Notes: generated by a model not told the origin, from the sequence alone. Numbered from the stretch's first letter, positions 21,098 to 31,469 are shown. The stretch is 64,000 bases of DNA from an uncultured Gemmatimonadaceae bacterium (GCA_963829055.1 CAWHHI010000011.1:608001-672000), one strand, 5' to 3'. Program-made: numbers and translations.

Positions 21098-21319
21098 CCA
21101 GCCGGCGGATACGGGGACTGAAACCTGATGACTCGAACTGAGTGACTGACACACTTGGTACTGGCCAAGCCCAGTCGCGATGCCAGCGTTCTCCGTCGTT
21201 TTATCGAGCACGAAGTCAGCCGTTCGGGCGATCCCCGCAGTTCTCCTCACCATCCATTGTTCCCTGCAGGTGGGTGCGCATCGAACAGCCCGCGCGCGCC
21301 CCGATACTCGGGAGATACC

Positions 21320-22282
21320 ATGGCTGGACCAACGACCTCTTCGTCCACGCCGACTGGCGGCGTGCTCGAATCCCTCTCCAATGACCTCGCCGGCGCCGTG
21401 GACCGCGCCGGCCAATCCGTCGTCGCCATCCACGCGCGACGTCGCATCCCCGCGAGCGGCATTCACTGGCGCCCGGGCATCATCGTCGCCGCGCATCACA
21501 CCATTCAGCGCGACGAGGAGATCACGGTCTCACTCGCCGACGGCTCGAGCGTCGCCGCCACGCTCGTCGGCCGCGATCCCACGACCGATCTCGCCGTCCT
21601 CAAAGTCGACGAAGCGAAGGTGCCCGTCGCCTCGTTCGCCGAGTCGTCCGGTCTCCGCGTTGGCGCACTCGTCCTCGCGCTCGGCCGGCCCGGCTCGGCC
21701 ATCACCGCGAGCCTCGGCGTCGTCAGCGCGATCGGTGGTGAGTGGCGCACGTGGCATGGCGGAACGATCGATCGCTTCGTGCGACTCGATGTCTCCATCT
21801 ATGACGGCTTCTCCGGCGGTCCGCTCATCGACGCCGGCGGACGCGTGCTCGGACTCAACACGTCCGGCCTCTCGCGCGGCGCGGCGCTCGCGATTCCGGC
21901 GGAGACCGTGAACCGCGTCGTCGATCAACTGCTGAAGAGCGGGCGCGTCGCGCGCGGCTACCTCGGTCTCGGCATGCAGGCAGTCCGGCTTCCGGCCGCG
22001 CTCGTCGAGCGACTGCGAATGCCTAACGACATCGGACTCATGGTCGTGAGCGCGGAACCTGGCGGTCCCGGCGACCGCGCCGGTATTCTCATCGGCGACG
22101 TGCTCATCGCCGTCGGCGACACACCGGTCTCCGACCCGGCCGAGCTGCTGGCGTTCCTCGGTGGTGATCAGATCGGCAAGCCGGTAACCGCGAAGCTGAT
22201 CAGAGCCGGAGAACCGACCACCGTGTCCATCACCGTCGGCGAACGGCCGCAGCAGTCGCGCGGCTCCCGGAGGGGCAGATGA
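21320..22282 (+). CDS. S1C (HtrA/DegP-like) serine protease with PDZ domain, no signal peptide
   Basis: GGAG RBS; VAAHH, DLAVLK, GFSGGP triad; RGYLGLG PDZ. Confidence 0.9.
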   Translation: MAGPTTSSSTPTGGVLESLSNDLAGAVDRAGQSVVAIHARRRIPASGIHWRPGIIVAAHHTIQRDEEITVSLADGSSVAATLVGRDPTTDLAVLKVDEAKVPVASFAESSGLRVGALVLALGRPGSAITASLGVVSAIGGEWRTWHGGTIDRFVRLDVSIYDGFSGGPLIDAGGRVLGLNTSGLSRGAALAIPAETVNRVVDQLLKSGRVARGYLGLGMQAVRLPAALVERLRMPNDIGLMVVSAEPGGPGDRAGILIGDVLIAVGDTPVSDPAELLAFLGGDQIGKPVTAKLIRAGEPTTVSITVGERPQQSRGSRRGR

Positions 22283-22914
22283 CCAGCGGCCTCTCCGCGA
22301 CCAGCGCCACGACCGAACCGCTCGGGCGCGAGCTGGCCGATCTCGCATCCGTGCTTCGACAGAGTACCGTCGAAGTGCGGACGGGCGGGACGGGATCCGG
22401 TTCGGGGATCATCTGGACCACGAACGGACTCATTGTGACGAACGCGCACGTCGCCCGCACCGAGCGGGCGACGATCATCCTCTGGGATGGCCGAACATTC
22501 GACGGCGTGGTCACAGCGCGCGACCCGCGGCGTGACCTCGCGACGATCGCCATCGACGTCGGATCGGCGATACTTCCTGCCGCCGCGATCGGCCATCCCA
22601 CGGACCTGCGCACCGGGGACGTCGTCGTCGCGCTCGGCAACCCGTTAGGCATCGCCGGCGCGCTGGCGCTCGGCGTCGTTCACGTGGTCGAACAGCGTCG
22701 CGGCGGTCCGCGGTGGATTCGCGCGGACATTCGGCTCGCGCCCGGGAATTCGGGCGGTCCGCTGGCCGACGCGCACGGACGCGTCGTCGGTGTGAACACG
22801 CTCATCGCCAATGGACTTGGCGTCGCCGTTCCGGTGACGACGGTCGCGCGATTCCTTGGCGACGCCGAAGTGGAGCGCGCGAACGTCAAATACCGAGGCG
22901 ACCGAGCGGCGTGA
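22279..22914 (+). CDS. S1C serine protease without PDZ domain
   Basis: GSGSG, VTNAHV, DLA, GNSGGP; ATGA overlap with the upstream gene. Confidence 0.9.
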   Translation: MTSGLSATSATTEPLGRELADLASVLRQSTVEVRTGGTGSGSGIIWTTNGLIVTNAHVARTERATIILWDGRTFDGVVTARDPRRDLATIAIDVGSAILPAAAIGHPTDLRTGDVVVALGNPLGIAGALALGVVHVVEQRRGGPRWIRADIRLAPGNSGGPLADAHGRVVGVNTLIANGLGVAVPVTTVARFLGDAEVERANVKYRGDRAA

Positions 22915-23568
22915 TTCGCACGCTCGTCGTGGCCGGTTCGCCGGTGGTTCGCGCAGGCCTCGAGGCGCTCCTGACGCGGAGCGCCTCGGTAGCCATTGTC
23001 GCGGTCACGAACGGCGAGACGCCTGACCGATGATATCGAGGCGCACGAACCTCAGGTCGTGCTGTTCGCGGTGGACTCGCGCGACGACGCAGCACCAACG
23101 ATCGCGTCACGAATCGCGCTCTCGCCCGACGCGGTGTCACGAACACCAGCATTCGTGCTGCTGACCGAAGCGCCGACAGCACAGTGGGCGGCAGCAGCGC
23201 TGCGGGCCGGCGCGCGCGGCGTGTTGCCACGCGACGCCACGCCTGACGAGATCGTTGCCGCAGTCGAAGCCGCGGCGGTCGGACTCGTGACATTGCCCGC
23301 GGAGCTCGCGGCCAATGTCGCGGCCGCCGCACGTCCAGCCAGCACGGCGAGGCCGACGGCGCCGACATCGCAGCCGCTCACGCGTCGCGAGATCGAGGTG
23401 CTGGGCATGCTGGCCGAGGGGTTGGCGAACAAGAACATTGCGGCGCGGCTTGGTATCTCGGAGCACACGGTGAAGACGCACGTGGCGTCCATTCTCATGA
23501 AGCTCGACGCGTTTTCACGCGCCGAAGCCGTTGCGATCGGTGCTCGGCAGGGCCTGATCCTGTTGTAG
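22911..23568 (+). CDS. LuxR/NarL-type response regulator with atypical receiver; frameshift at ~23020
   Basis: GTG start (IRTLVVAGSPVVRAGL); C-terminal LTRREIEVL...NKNIAARLGISEHTVKTHV. Confidence 0.85.
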
Positions 23569-23644
23569 ACCGCCCGACAGCGGCGCAGGACACTGGACAC
23601 ACCGCGTAGTGCGCGAGCCCATCCCTTGCGTTAGGACCCGGGTA

Positions 23645-24178
23645 ATGGGGCAACCGCGACAATGGCTCGGACGATGGACGGCGCTGACGTGGATCACGGG
23701 ATTCGCGGGACTCGGCGCGGGCGCGCAAGTGCGGTCGAGCCCGGTCGACCTCAGCCGTCCCGTATCCATGGTGGAGCCCGCATCTGGCGACGTTTCCGGG
23801 TCATGGGCCGGGACGTTCAGCCTCGACTCGACGTGGGGGCTCGATCAACGCGCGTCGACGCGGTCCATACCAGCACGACTGCACTTCAATCCGGTCGGTG
23901 ACGCGTCGCCCACCACGTCCAGCGCGCGGTCGGTTCACCCCGGCACATTCGAGATCGACTTCTCGCGTTTCGGGATCACACTCTCGACGCAGGAAGCGCT
24001 CGGCTGGAGCGCGACGCCCGATTCGATGCGCGCGGTGCTCAACCCGACGGTGGACCACGGCCTGGTGGAGGTTCACGGCGTCTTTCGCGGCGAGACAATC
24101 TCCGGCACGTGGAGTTACAAGAGCGACCCCGGCGGGGCGAGCGGCACGTTCGAGGTGAAGCGAGTCCAGTCGCGTTAG
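23645..24178 (+). CDS. Hypothetical secreted beta-rich protein
   Basis: Signal-like N-terminus; DVSGSWAGTF and ISGTWSY...GTFEV strands; start uncertain. Confidence 0.55.
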   Translation: MGQPRQWLGRWTALTWITGFAGLGAGAQVRSSPVDLSRPVSMVEPASGDVSGSWAGTFSLDSTWGLDQRASTRSIPARLHFNPVGDASPTTSSARSVHPGTFEIDFSRFGITLSTQEALGWSATPDSMRAVLNPTVDHGLVEVHGVFRGETISGTWSYKSDPGGASGTFEVKRVQSR

Positions 24179-24189
24179 GCGCACGGAGT

Positions 24190-24348
24190 TGTCATCGCGC
24201 GCAGCGTCATCCCGAGCGAGGCGCGACGGCTTCTCTGTCTAGGGCCGAATTCGCCGTGAGCTCGAGAGATCCCGCTGCGCGCAGCAGCGTTTCTGCGTCT
24301 CGCGTTGCGGACGCGGAGCGCGCCTGCGAATTCTGCGTCGCTGTTGGA
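24190..24348. repeat. Composite of a partial family-B arm and a family-C right arm
   Basis: GTCATCCCGAGCG at ~24206; CGCGCCTGCGAATTCTGCGTCGCTGTTGGA matching ~15806-15835. Confidence 0.7.
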
Positions 24349-24474
24349 TTTAGAGGCCGAACGTATGACACGTCGCCATAGCCTCCGTCCTATGCCAGGA
24401 ATCAATCCGTCAGATCCCCACGATCCGTTCCCGTTTGTCTGAGTGGGTTGCCGAAGCAGTTCCCTGTTACTCAG

Positions 24475-26007
24475 CTACCGTGATGACTGACGCAGCAGCC
24501 TCCCTGCTTCCACGACGATGTCCGGCACCGCATCCACGTCAGCCACCGACGTTCGGAAATTCACGATGCACGCCCGCAGCGCGAACACGCCGTCGATGAC
24601 CGCGTTCGACAGGTAAATGGCGCCGCCCTCCTGCAATCGCGTCAGGAGCGTCGTGTTCAACTCGTTCAGATATTTCGTGCGCTCGTCAGGCGACAGCGAC
24701 GGGGACAGGTCCCGCGGAACGTAGCGGAACGTCGTGATGCTCAGCCCGTGCGTCAGTGCCTCGAGCTCCGGGTGCGCCTCGACCTTCTCGTACATACGCC
24801 GACTCAGCGCGATGTCATCGGCGATGAGCTTCGTGTAGCCCTCGCGGCCAACCTGCTTGAAGGCGAGCCACACCTTGAGCGCACGGAAGCCGCGCGAGTT
24901 CTGCGGACCCAGCTCGTGGAAGTTGATCGCCGGGTCTTCGGCCACGTCGGGAAAATGGTAGTACGACGGCTGGTGCGAGAACGCCGCACGTAACGCGTTA
25001 GGGTCACGAACCAGCGCGCAACCCGCCTCGAGTGGCGCATAGAACCACTTGTGTGGGTCGACCGCCACCGAATCCGCATCGCCTAACGCCGCAAGCGTCG
25101 CCGGTGCGCCAGGCACTCGCGCAGCCGGCGCGCCGTACGCCCCGTCGACGTGGAACCACACGCGCTCCTCTCGACACAGCGTCGCGATGTCCGGCAGCGG
25201 GTCCACCGCGCCCGTCGCCACAGAGCCTCCTGTACCAATCACGAGGAACGGCAGGAACCCCGCGCGACGATCTTCGGCCATCCGCTCGCGCAGTCGGTCC
25301 ATACGCATGCGCTGCTCGCTATCGACTTCGATCCACCGCACGGCATCGTTGCCGAGTCCGTAGAGCTCGACCGCTTTCTGGATCCACGTGTGCGTCTCGG
25401 CCGATGTGTACACCGTGAGCTTCGCGCCGTCGCCTGCAACCATTCCCTTCGCTCGCAGGTCCCACCCGGCGCGCGTCGCGTACGCCGTGCGTGCGGCGAG
25501 GAAGCAGACCATGTTCGCCATGTTCCCGCCGCTCACGAACAGCCCGCCACACGATGCCGGGAAGCCGAGGAACTCCGCCACCCACCGCACTGCTTGTCGC
25601 TCGATCTCCGTCGCGCTGGGCGACAGCGACCACGCGCCGACGTTCGGGTTGACCGCGGCGGCCAACATGTCGGCGAGAATGCCGATCGGGGCTGCCGATG
25701 CCGTGATGTAGCCGAAGAAGCGCGGATGTCCGTTGAACGTCGAATTGTCGAACAACACGGACGCCGCGTCGTTCAACAGCTTCGCCGGATCGTCGCCGGT
25801 TTCAGGAAGGCGACCGTCCCCCAACAGCGCGCGGATCGCGCTCGGCGTGGTGTGAGGGGCGACCGGCCGATCGGAAAGCGACGCGAGCAGAGCGGCAATG
25901 CGATCGACGAGCGCGTGTCCGGCCGCGCGGAATTGCGCGGGGTCCATCTCCAATGACGCATCCCGCCGGTCGCTCACAGCGGCGACGTGGTCCTGCGTGG
26001 TGCTCAC
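24475..26007 (-). CDS. Group II PLP-dependent amino-acid decarboxylase family protein
   Basis: HPRFFGYI, SGGNMAN, HVDGAYG, VDPHKW. Confidence 0.92.
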   Translation of the reverse strand: MSTTQDHVAAVSDRRDASLEMDPAQFRAAGHALVDRIAALLASLSDRPVAPHTTPSAIRALLGDGRLPETGDDPAKLLNDAASVLFDNSTFNGHPRFFGYITASAAPIGILADMLAAAVNPNVGAWSLSPSATEIERQAVRWVAEFLGFPASCGGLFVSGGNMANMVCFLAARTAYATRAGWDLRAKGMVAGDGAKLTVYTSAETHTWIQKAVELYGLGNDAVRWIEVDSEQRMRMDRLRERMAEDRRAGFLPFLVIGTGGSVATGAVDPLPDIATLCREERVWFHVDGAYGAPAARVPGAPATLAALGDADSVAVDPHKWFYAPLEAGCALVRDPNALRAAFSHQPSYYHFPDVAEDPAINFHELGPQNSRGFRALKVWLAFKQVGREGYTKLIADDIALSRRMYEKVEAHPELEALTHGLSITTFRYVPRDLSPSLSPDERTKYLNELNTTLLTRLQEGGAIYLSNAVIDGVFALRACIVNFRTSVADVDAVPDIVVEAGRLLRQSSR

Positions 26008-26189
26008 GACGTCTCCTCCGTTGACGAAATTCCCAGCGGTCTCGCGGTCAGTCTACCGCCGCCGCCCACTGAACGATATAAGGTATGGCATCCGGCAACC
26101 CGTTTCTTGTACAAAGTGAACGCACGCGAGGAATTGAAGTCATGACCTGCCAGGTGCCAGTGGGTCGGGTATCGCTGCTCACGGCTGCC

Positions 26190-27140
26190 ATGTCGGAGCG
26201 TAGGCGCGCGTTGCGGACGGTCGCCCTGACGATCGGCATCGTCGCGTTCGCATCGGCGCCCGCGACTCACGCGTTAGGTGCGCAGCCGCCGCACCGTTCG
26301 ATCCTCGCCGAGAAGATGCGCGCGGACCTGCGCCGTATCGCTGACGACACCCGAGGGGTAGTCGGCGCGCAGGTCATCGATCTCGCGACCGGCGATCGCA
26401 TTGGCGTGAACGACACGCTGACGTTCCCGCAGGGCAGCGCGATCAAGATCCCGCTGCTGATCGAGCTGTACCGACAGGACGCGGTCGGTCAACTCAAGCT
26501 CTCGACGCGCGTGCCGGTTCGTCAGGCGGATCGTACTGGCGGCAGCGGTCTCCTCCTCAACCTTGGCGACGGCACGAGCGAGCTGTCACTCGGCGATCTC
26601 GCCATGTTCATGATCACCGTGTCCGACAACACGGCGACGAACATGCTCATCGACCGCGTGGGCATGGACAAGGTGAACGGGACGATGCGCGAGCTCGGCG
26701 TGCCTCAGGTCAAGCTGCAGCGGAAGATGATTCGTCCGAAGGACAGCGCGGCGGGAAACGAGAACATCGCGACGCCAACCGGGGCGGCAACGATCATGGC
26801 GAAGATCGCGCGATGCGAGCTCCCGATGCCGAAGGAGCGGTGTGGTGAGCTGCGGAAGCTGCTCGAGATTCCGAAAGGCGGACCGATCGAGGCGTCGGTC
26901 CCGGAAGGCGTGCGGGTCGCCTGGAAACCGGGGGACATCGAGGGCGTGAACACGGCATGGGGTCTCGTGGATCTTCCGGGCCGCCCGTATGTGGTAGTGG
27001 GGATGGTCAACTACAGCGACGCGAGCGACGCGGAGCGCGCGCTCAGGCGCATTGCCGACGCTGCCTACGGATACTTCCACGTCCTGGCGCGATCGACACC
27101 GTACGGGGCGCGAGTGCCGCTCGAGGTCATGCCGAAGTAG
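26190..27140 (+). CDS. Serine hydrolase, class A beta-lactamase-like fold, secreted
   Basis: SAIK (SxxK), SDN, KPG; signal peptide; no ExxLN omega-loop motif seen. Confidence 0.85.
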   Translation: MSERRRALRTVALTIGIVAFASAPATHALGAQPPHRSILAEKMRADLRRIADDTRGVVGAQVIDLATGDRIGVNDTLTFPQGSAIKIPLLIELYRQDAVGQLKLSTRVPVRQADRTGGSGLLLNLGDGTSELSLGDLAMFMITVSDNTATNMLIDRVGMDKVNGTMRELGVPQVKLQRKMIRPKDSAAGNENIATPTGAATIMAKIARCELPMPKERCGELRKLLEIPKGGPIEASVPEGVRVAWKPGDIEGVNTAWGLVDLPGRPYVVVGMVNYSDASDAERALRRIADAAYGYFHVLARSTPYGARVPLEVMPK

Positions 27141-27141
27141 C

Positions 27142-27283
27142 TGTCATTCCGAGCGGAGCGTCAGCGGAGTCGAGGAATCGCGATCGTAGCGGTAGAGGGG
27201 CCCCTCTACCGGTAGGATCGCGATTCCTCGACTGCGCCGCTTCGCGGCTCCGCTCGGAATGACAGCCCGGCTCGGAATGACAG
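27142..27283. repeat. Family-A REP-like inverted doublet with duplicated right end
   Basis: TGTCATTCCGAGCG...GGTAGAGGGGCCCCTCTACC...CGCTCGGAATGACAG, then a second GCTCGGAATGACAG; begins right after the stop at 27140. Confidence 0.9.
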
Positions 27284-27347
27284 CCGGGCCAAACCTTGGT
27301 CCCCATTCGCCTGTCTCATGTGGCAGTCCACTCACGGAGACACCCGA

Positions 27348-28253
27348 ATGCTTTCCCGTTTCGCACCTGCGCTGGTCGCCGCGTGCGTGCTCGCTTCACC
27401 GCTCGCCGCCCAGAACCAACTCCAGGGCCGCGAGGGGAATCGGTTCACGTGGTCCGAGCGTGTGCCTGCCGGCCAATGGCTGCGCGTCTACGGAAACAAT
27501 GGACGGATCACCGTCAGCGAAGCGACGGGCGATGCAGCCGAGGTCGTGGGAGAGAAGGACGTGCGACGCGGACGTCCCGAGGACATCGCGTTCGAGGTCC
27601 GGCGGACGAGTGACGGCGTCACCATCTGCGCGATCATCGACGACGACACCGACTGCGATGACAGGGGCGTGCGCCATCGCGGCCGATGGAACGACGAGTC
27701 GAACGGGTTGCGCGTGCACTTCACCGTTCGCGTTCCGAAAGGCGTGAAGCTCGCCGTCGGATCGGGCAACGGCGATGTGGCGGTGACCGGCGCAACGGCA
27801 GACGTCCAGGCGTCGAGCGGCAACGGGAAGGTGCGCGTATCGGCCGGCGGGCCTGTGAGCGCCTCGAGCGGGAACGGTGATGTGCGCGTCGACCGCGCGG
27901 GCGGGCCAGTAAAGGCGTCGAGCGGCAACGGCAGCGTGTTCGTAGTCACCACCCGCGGACCCGTGAATGCGTCGAGCGGCAACGGAGATGTGGAAGTCTC
28001 GATGGATGCGCTCGCCGACACGGCCGAGGACATGGAGCTGTCGAGCGGCAACGGCACGGTGACGGCCACGGTGCCATCGGACTTCGCTGGCGAGCTCGAT
28101 GCGTCGACGGGCTCGGGGAAGTTCTACAGCGACTTCCCGCTCACGCTGCAGGGCCGCATCAACCCACACCGTGTCCATGCGACGATCGGCCGTGGCGGCA
28201 GGCGGATCACGATGAGCTCCGGGAACGGCGACGTGGAGTTGAAGAAAAAATGA
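27348..28253 (+). CDS. DUF4097-like (putative adhesin) beta-strand repeat protein
   Basis: Signal peptide; at least 6 repeats of S(S)GNG(D/K/S)V. Confidence 0.85.
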   Translation: MLSRFAPALVAACVLASPLAAQNQLQGREGNRFTWSERVPAGQWLRVYGNNGRITVSEATGDAAEVVGEKDVRRGRPEDIAFEVRRTSDGVTICAIIDDDTDCDDRGVRHRGRWNDESNGLRVHFTVRVPKGVKLAVGSGNGDVAVTGATADVQASSGNGKVRVSAGGPVSASSGNGDVRVDRAGGPVKASSGNGSVFVVTTRGPVNASSGNGDVEVSMDALADTAEDMELSSGNGTVTATVPSDFAGELDASTGSGKFYSDFPLTLQGRINPHRVHATIGRGGRRITMSSGNGDVELKKK

Positions 28254-28283
28254 GCTCGTGGATCATCGCGGATCGAGCGATAC

Positions 28284-28647
28284 GCATCATCGCGCCGCGG
28301 CCGGTGGGAACTACGATTGACGCGGATTGAACGGAAAACAGCCGGATACACCTTTGCATCGACGCTGGCTCTCGCCGGGCCTGAATGAAAGAGGAACGGC
28401 CGCTCGGGACGCAGGAGTCTCCCGAGCGGCCGTTCCCAAAGAATCCGGGCTCGTGGCGCGAGGGGCCGTCCCGAACGCGATCGATCCTGCTTCTTCCGCG
28501 TCATCCGCGAAATCGCAGTTCCCACCGATCCGGCGCGATGATGCTCGAATGCAAAGCCGGATCCGGCAGTTTCGCAGTACCGATCCGCACAATCGTAGTT
28601 CCCACCGGCCCGGCGCGATGGTGCGCGAATGCAAAGCCGGATCCGGC
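28284..28647. repeat. Intergenic structure: 80-bp-period direct repeat, an inverted copy and a 17-bp hairpin
   Basis: 28503-28567 ~ 28583-28647; inverted partial copy 28284-28327; GGAACGGCCGCTCGGGA/TCCCGAGCGGCCGTTCC at 28393-28436. Confidence 0.8.
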
Positions 28648-28650
28648 TGC

Positions 28651-30801
28651 CTATCGCCCCACAGAGATCGTCATTCCCGCATAGACGGTCCGCCCAGGCG
28701 AGGGCTCGAAGTAGCGGCCAGCCGCAGCATTCACCACGATCGACCCCGCATACGCGCGGTCGAACAGATTCGACACACCGAACACCGGCACCAGCGCCAT
28801 CCCCGCAACCGTCACACGCCCACCGATCCGCGCGTTCGCCACCTCCCAACCACCCGCGCGCAGCGTGTTCGCGTCGTCCATGAACATCCCGCCCGCTGTC
28901 TGTCCTTCCACCGTCCCGAACCAGCCGCGCCAGTTGTACGTCACGTAGCCTTGCAACTGCTGGTTAGGCACGCCCGGAATCGTGTTCCCACTGAAGTCGT
29001 TCGCGCCGACGGTGTAGTCCTCGAACGCGAAGTCCGAATAGCTGTACGACGCACCGATCGTCGTCGCGCCTAACGCCGATGCCAGGCCCAGCTCGCCGCC
29101 GCGCCGCCGCGTCGACCCCGCGTTCCGGAAGTACCGCCGCCCCGCCCCGCCCGGCACCTCGAATGGAATGAGCTCGTCCCTGACGCGCGTCGCGAACAGC
29201 GCCGCGTCATAGCGCAGTCTACCGAACGCTACTCCTTTCACCCCCGCCTCGAACGTGGTCGCGTACTGCGGGTCGAGCGTCGGGTTGATCCCCGCGGAGC
29301 CATCGGGCTTGTTCGCGAGCTCCGTCGCCGTCGGCGTCTCGAACGCGGTCGAGAGGTTCGCGTACACGGAGTGCAGCGCGCCGACGCGCGCGACGAGGCC
29401 GACCAGCGGGCTCACCGCGTGCAGCGTGCGCTCGCCCGAGTCGTCCGGATTCGTCGCCGTGATGAGGTGATCGCCGACCCGGAACTGCACGTAGTCGGCG
29501 CGCACGCCTAACGTCAGACGGTAGCGGTCCGAGAATGCGATCTCGTCCCGCACGAACGGCCCGAGCCCCGAGACCCGCTCACGCTGGTCGAGCTGCACCA
29601 CGCCGCGCTCACGCGAGACGACGGGACACGCCGCCGTCGGCTGCGTGAGCGGCGGCACGAAGTTGCAGTTCGCGAAGTTCTTGCGCTCGTCGTCCTGAAA
29701 CTGCGCGTCCATGCCCGCACTCACACGATGGTCGAGCCCGAGGAAGCGAACCGGAACGGTCACGCGCGCGTTTGCACCGGACGTCGTGCGGTCGACATCC
29801 ACGATCGCGAACGTGAGCGGATTGTCGAGCGTGCGCCAACCGAAGTGCGCCGCGGCGGACCACTCCACCCCGCTCGACGAGCGTCGGTTCGCGGTCAGGC
29901 CGAGCTGCGACTGCTGCACCGCCTTGCGCGTCGCCTTCCGGATCTGCGCCGGATCCGCCTGACGCGGATCACTCTTCATCTCGGCCGCCGTGAGCGCGCC
30001 CGGATTCTCCGCCGTCGGCGTGTCGTACCCGGTGTACGTGAGCGCGAGATCGCCGGCCTCGCCCGACAGCATCGCCCGCGCCGTCCCACTCGTGGATTGT
30101 TGCCGAGCGTAGAGGCGGTACCCGTCCTGGTCGGTGCGCGAGAGGTCACCCTGGTACTGAATCGCACCCGCCGTCCCACCGGCAGCGCCCGCCCAACGCT
30201 TCAGGCCATACGAACCGCCAGTCCCCGTCACACGACCCGCGATCGCGTCAGATGGCGGATCCGCCGTGCGAACCTCGACGACTCCGCCCGCCGCGTTTCC
30301 GTACAGAGAGCCCGCGCTCCCACGAATGACCTCGATGCTCCCAACCGACTCGAGATCGAGGTAGTCGATGGGCGTCTGCCCATCGGGTAGCGTGAGCGGA
30401 ATGCCGTCGCGCACCACCCGAACGCCGCGCACGCCGAACGCCGATCGCGCGCCGAAGCCTCGGATGGAGATGCGCGGGTCCTGCGTGGGGTTGCTCCGGT
30501 TGGCAACGGCGAGGCCCGGGATCGCCAGCAGCATCTCGTCGAACGAGACATGACGGAGAGACGGTCGGCCACTGTCCGGCACAATCCGCGAGATCGCGTA
30601 CGGGAGGTCGAGCGTCGGGCGCGCGGCGTCACGCGTGACGGTGACCTGCACGGGCGGCAGCGTCGACGGCCGCGGTCTGGGCGGCGTGGTGTCTTGCTGT
30701 GCGTCGAGGCGGTGCGTGATGCCGACACTCATCGACGCAACACACAGCGCGGTGATGTTGAGCCCCGTGAACCTTCGACCCGCGAACGTCTGTATCGGCA
30801 C
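28651..30801 (-). CDS. TonB-dependent receptor, YncD/PqqU-like
   Basis: RISIRGFGARSAFGVRG..DGIPLTLPDGQ plug; IEVIRG..SLYGNAAGGV; FETPT; C-terminal GSIVVN..GRYFEPSPGR; start uncertain. Confidence 0.85.
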   Translation of the reverse strand: MPIQTFAGRRFTGLNITALCVASMSVGITHRLDAQQDTTPPRPRPSTLPPVQVTVTRDAARPTLDLPYAISRIVPDSGRPSLRHVSFDEMLLAIPGLAVANRSNPTQDPRISIRGFGARSAFGVRGVRVVRDGIPLTLPDGQTPIDYLDLESVGSIEVIRGSAGSLYGNAAGGVVEVRTADPPSDAIAGRVTGTGGSYGLKRWAGAAGGTAGAIQYQGDLSRTDQDGYRLYARQQSTSGTARAMLSGEAGDLALTYTGYDTPTAENPGALTAAEMKSDPRQADPAQIRKATRKAVQQSQLGLTANRRSSSGVEWSAAAHFGWRTLDNPLTFAIVDVDRTTSGANARVTVPVRFLGLDHRVSAGMDAQFQDDERKNFANCNFVPPLTQPTAACPVVSRERGVVQLDQRERVSGLGPFVRDEIAFSDRYRLTLGVRADYVQFRVGDHLITATNPDDSGERTLHAVSPLVGLVARVGALHSVYANLSTAFETPTATELANKPDGSAGINPTLDPQYATTFEAGVKGVAFGRLRYDAALFATRVRDELIPFEVPGGAGRRYFRNAGSTRRRGGELGLASALGATTIGASYSYSDFAFEDYTVGANDFSGNTIPGVPNQQLQGYVTYNWRGWFGTVEGQTAGGMFMDDANTLRAGGWEVANARIGGRVTVAGMALVPVFGVSNLFDRAYAGSIVVNAAAGRYFEPSPGRTVYAGMTISVGR

Positions 30802-31100
30802 GCGATGCCTTGATACTGGTGCAGTGGTATGTCCGCCGAGCACCGATTCCGAACGTTTCTCGACACGTGTTCGAATCGTGTTCAACGCGGGTTCGAGCGC
30901 CGGCGAAGCTGCAGGCGGTCTCGGACCCGTGCAACCCCTGTGCAACCCTGATGCTGGATTGCGGCGGCCGCGCAACTCGGGCTACCCACAGTGTTCAGTG
31001 CGTTCGCCAGGCGCTACAGTATCGAAGTTGCCGTCGCTCACTTTCACCTGTCCGGCCGCGCGCAGCGTGGCAACGCCGGCCCGTACACGCGGAGAACTCG

Positions 31101-31409
31101 ATGACGAATCCTCGCCCACCACGGAAGCACGTGATCACGCACGAAGAAGCGGTCGCACAGCTGAGCCGCCGTCCGAAGGAGCTGAAAGAGCGAGGCGGTC
31201 ACTTTCCTCGCGAAGCCATCGAGCAGATCCTCGCGCAGCCGGGTTGCGCCAGCATTCGCTTCTACTTCGGGACCAAGACAGACGGTTCCCTGGCGGTCGT
31301 GATGGTCGGTATGGACGAGAACGAGAAAGACATGACCGCCGGCGTCATCATCGAGGATCACTATCCCTGCCCACCATTCTGCGACGCGACGAGCAGCCTG
31401 ATTCGGTAG
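31101..31409 (+). CDS. Small hypothetical protein (102 aa) ending in PCPPFC
   Basis: GGAG RBS; MTNPRPPRKHVITHEEA...ILAQPGCASIRFYFG...VMVGMD...IIEDHYPCPPFCDATSSLIR; no signal peptide. Confidence 0.8.
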   Translation: MTNPRPPRKHVITHEEAVAQLSRRPKELKERGGHFPREAIEQILAQPGCASIRFYFGTKTDGSLAVVMVGMDENEKDMTAGVIIEDHYPCPPFCDATSSLIR

Positions 31410-31469
31410 CATGGGCAGTAGACTGCTCGCATTCGTTGTAGACGTGGCGCAGATCGCTTCCGCTGACGG

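Noticed and set aside
26190..27140. Class A beta-lactamase resistance gene (likewise the other serine hydrolases and the MBL protein)
   Set aside because: No ExxLN omega-loop motif. The others are generic esterase/peptidase-type families common in soil bacteria, with no mobile context.
27760..28235. Recurrent TCGAGCGGCAACGG units
   Set aside because: Protein-level SSGNG repeats of the DUF4097-like protein.
28503..28647. Direct repeats as a CRISPR array
   Set aside because: Only two ~65-bp units with a 15-bp gap, and no cas genes.
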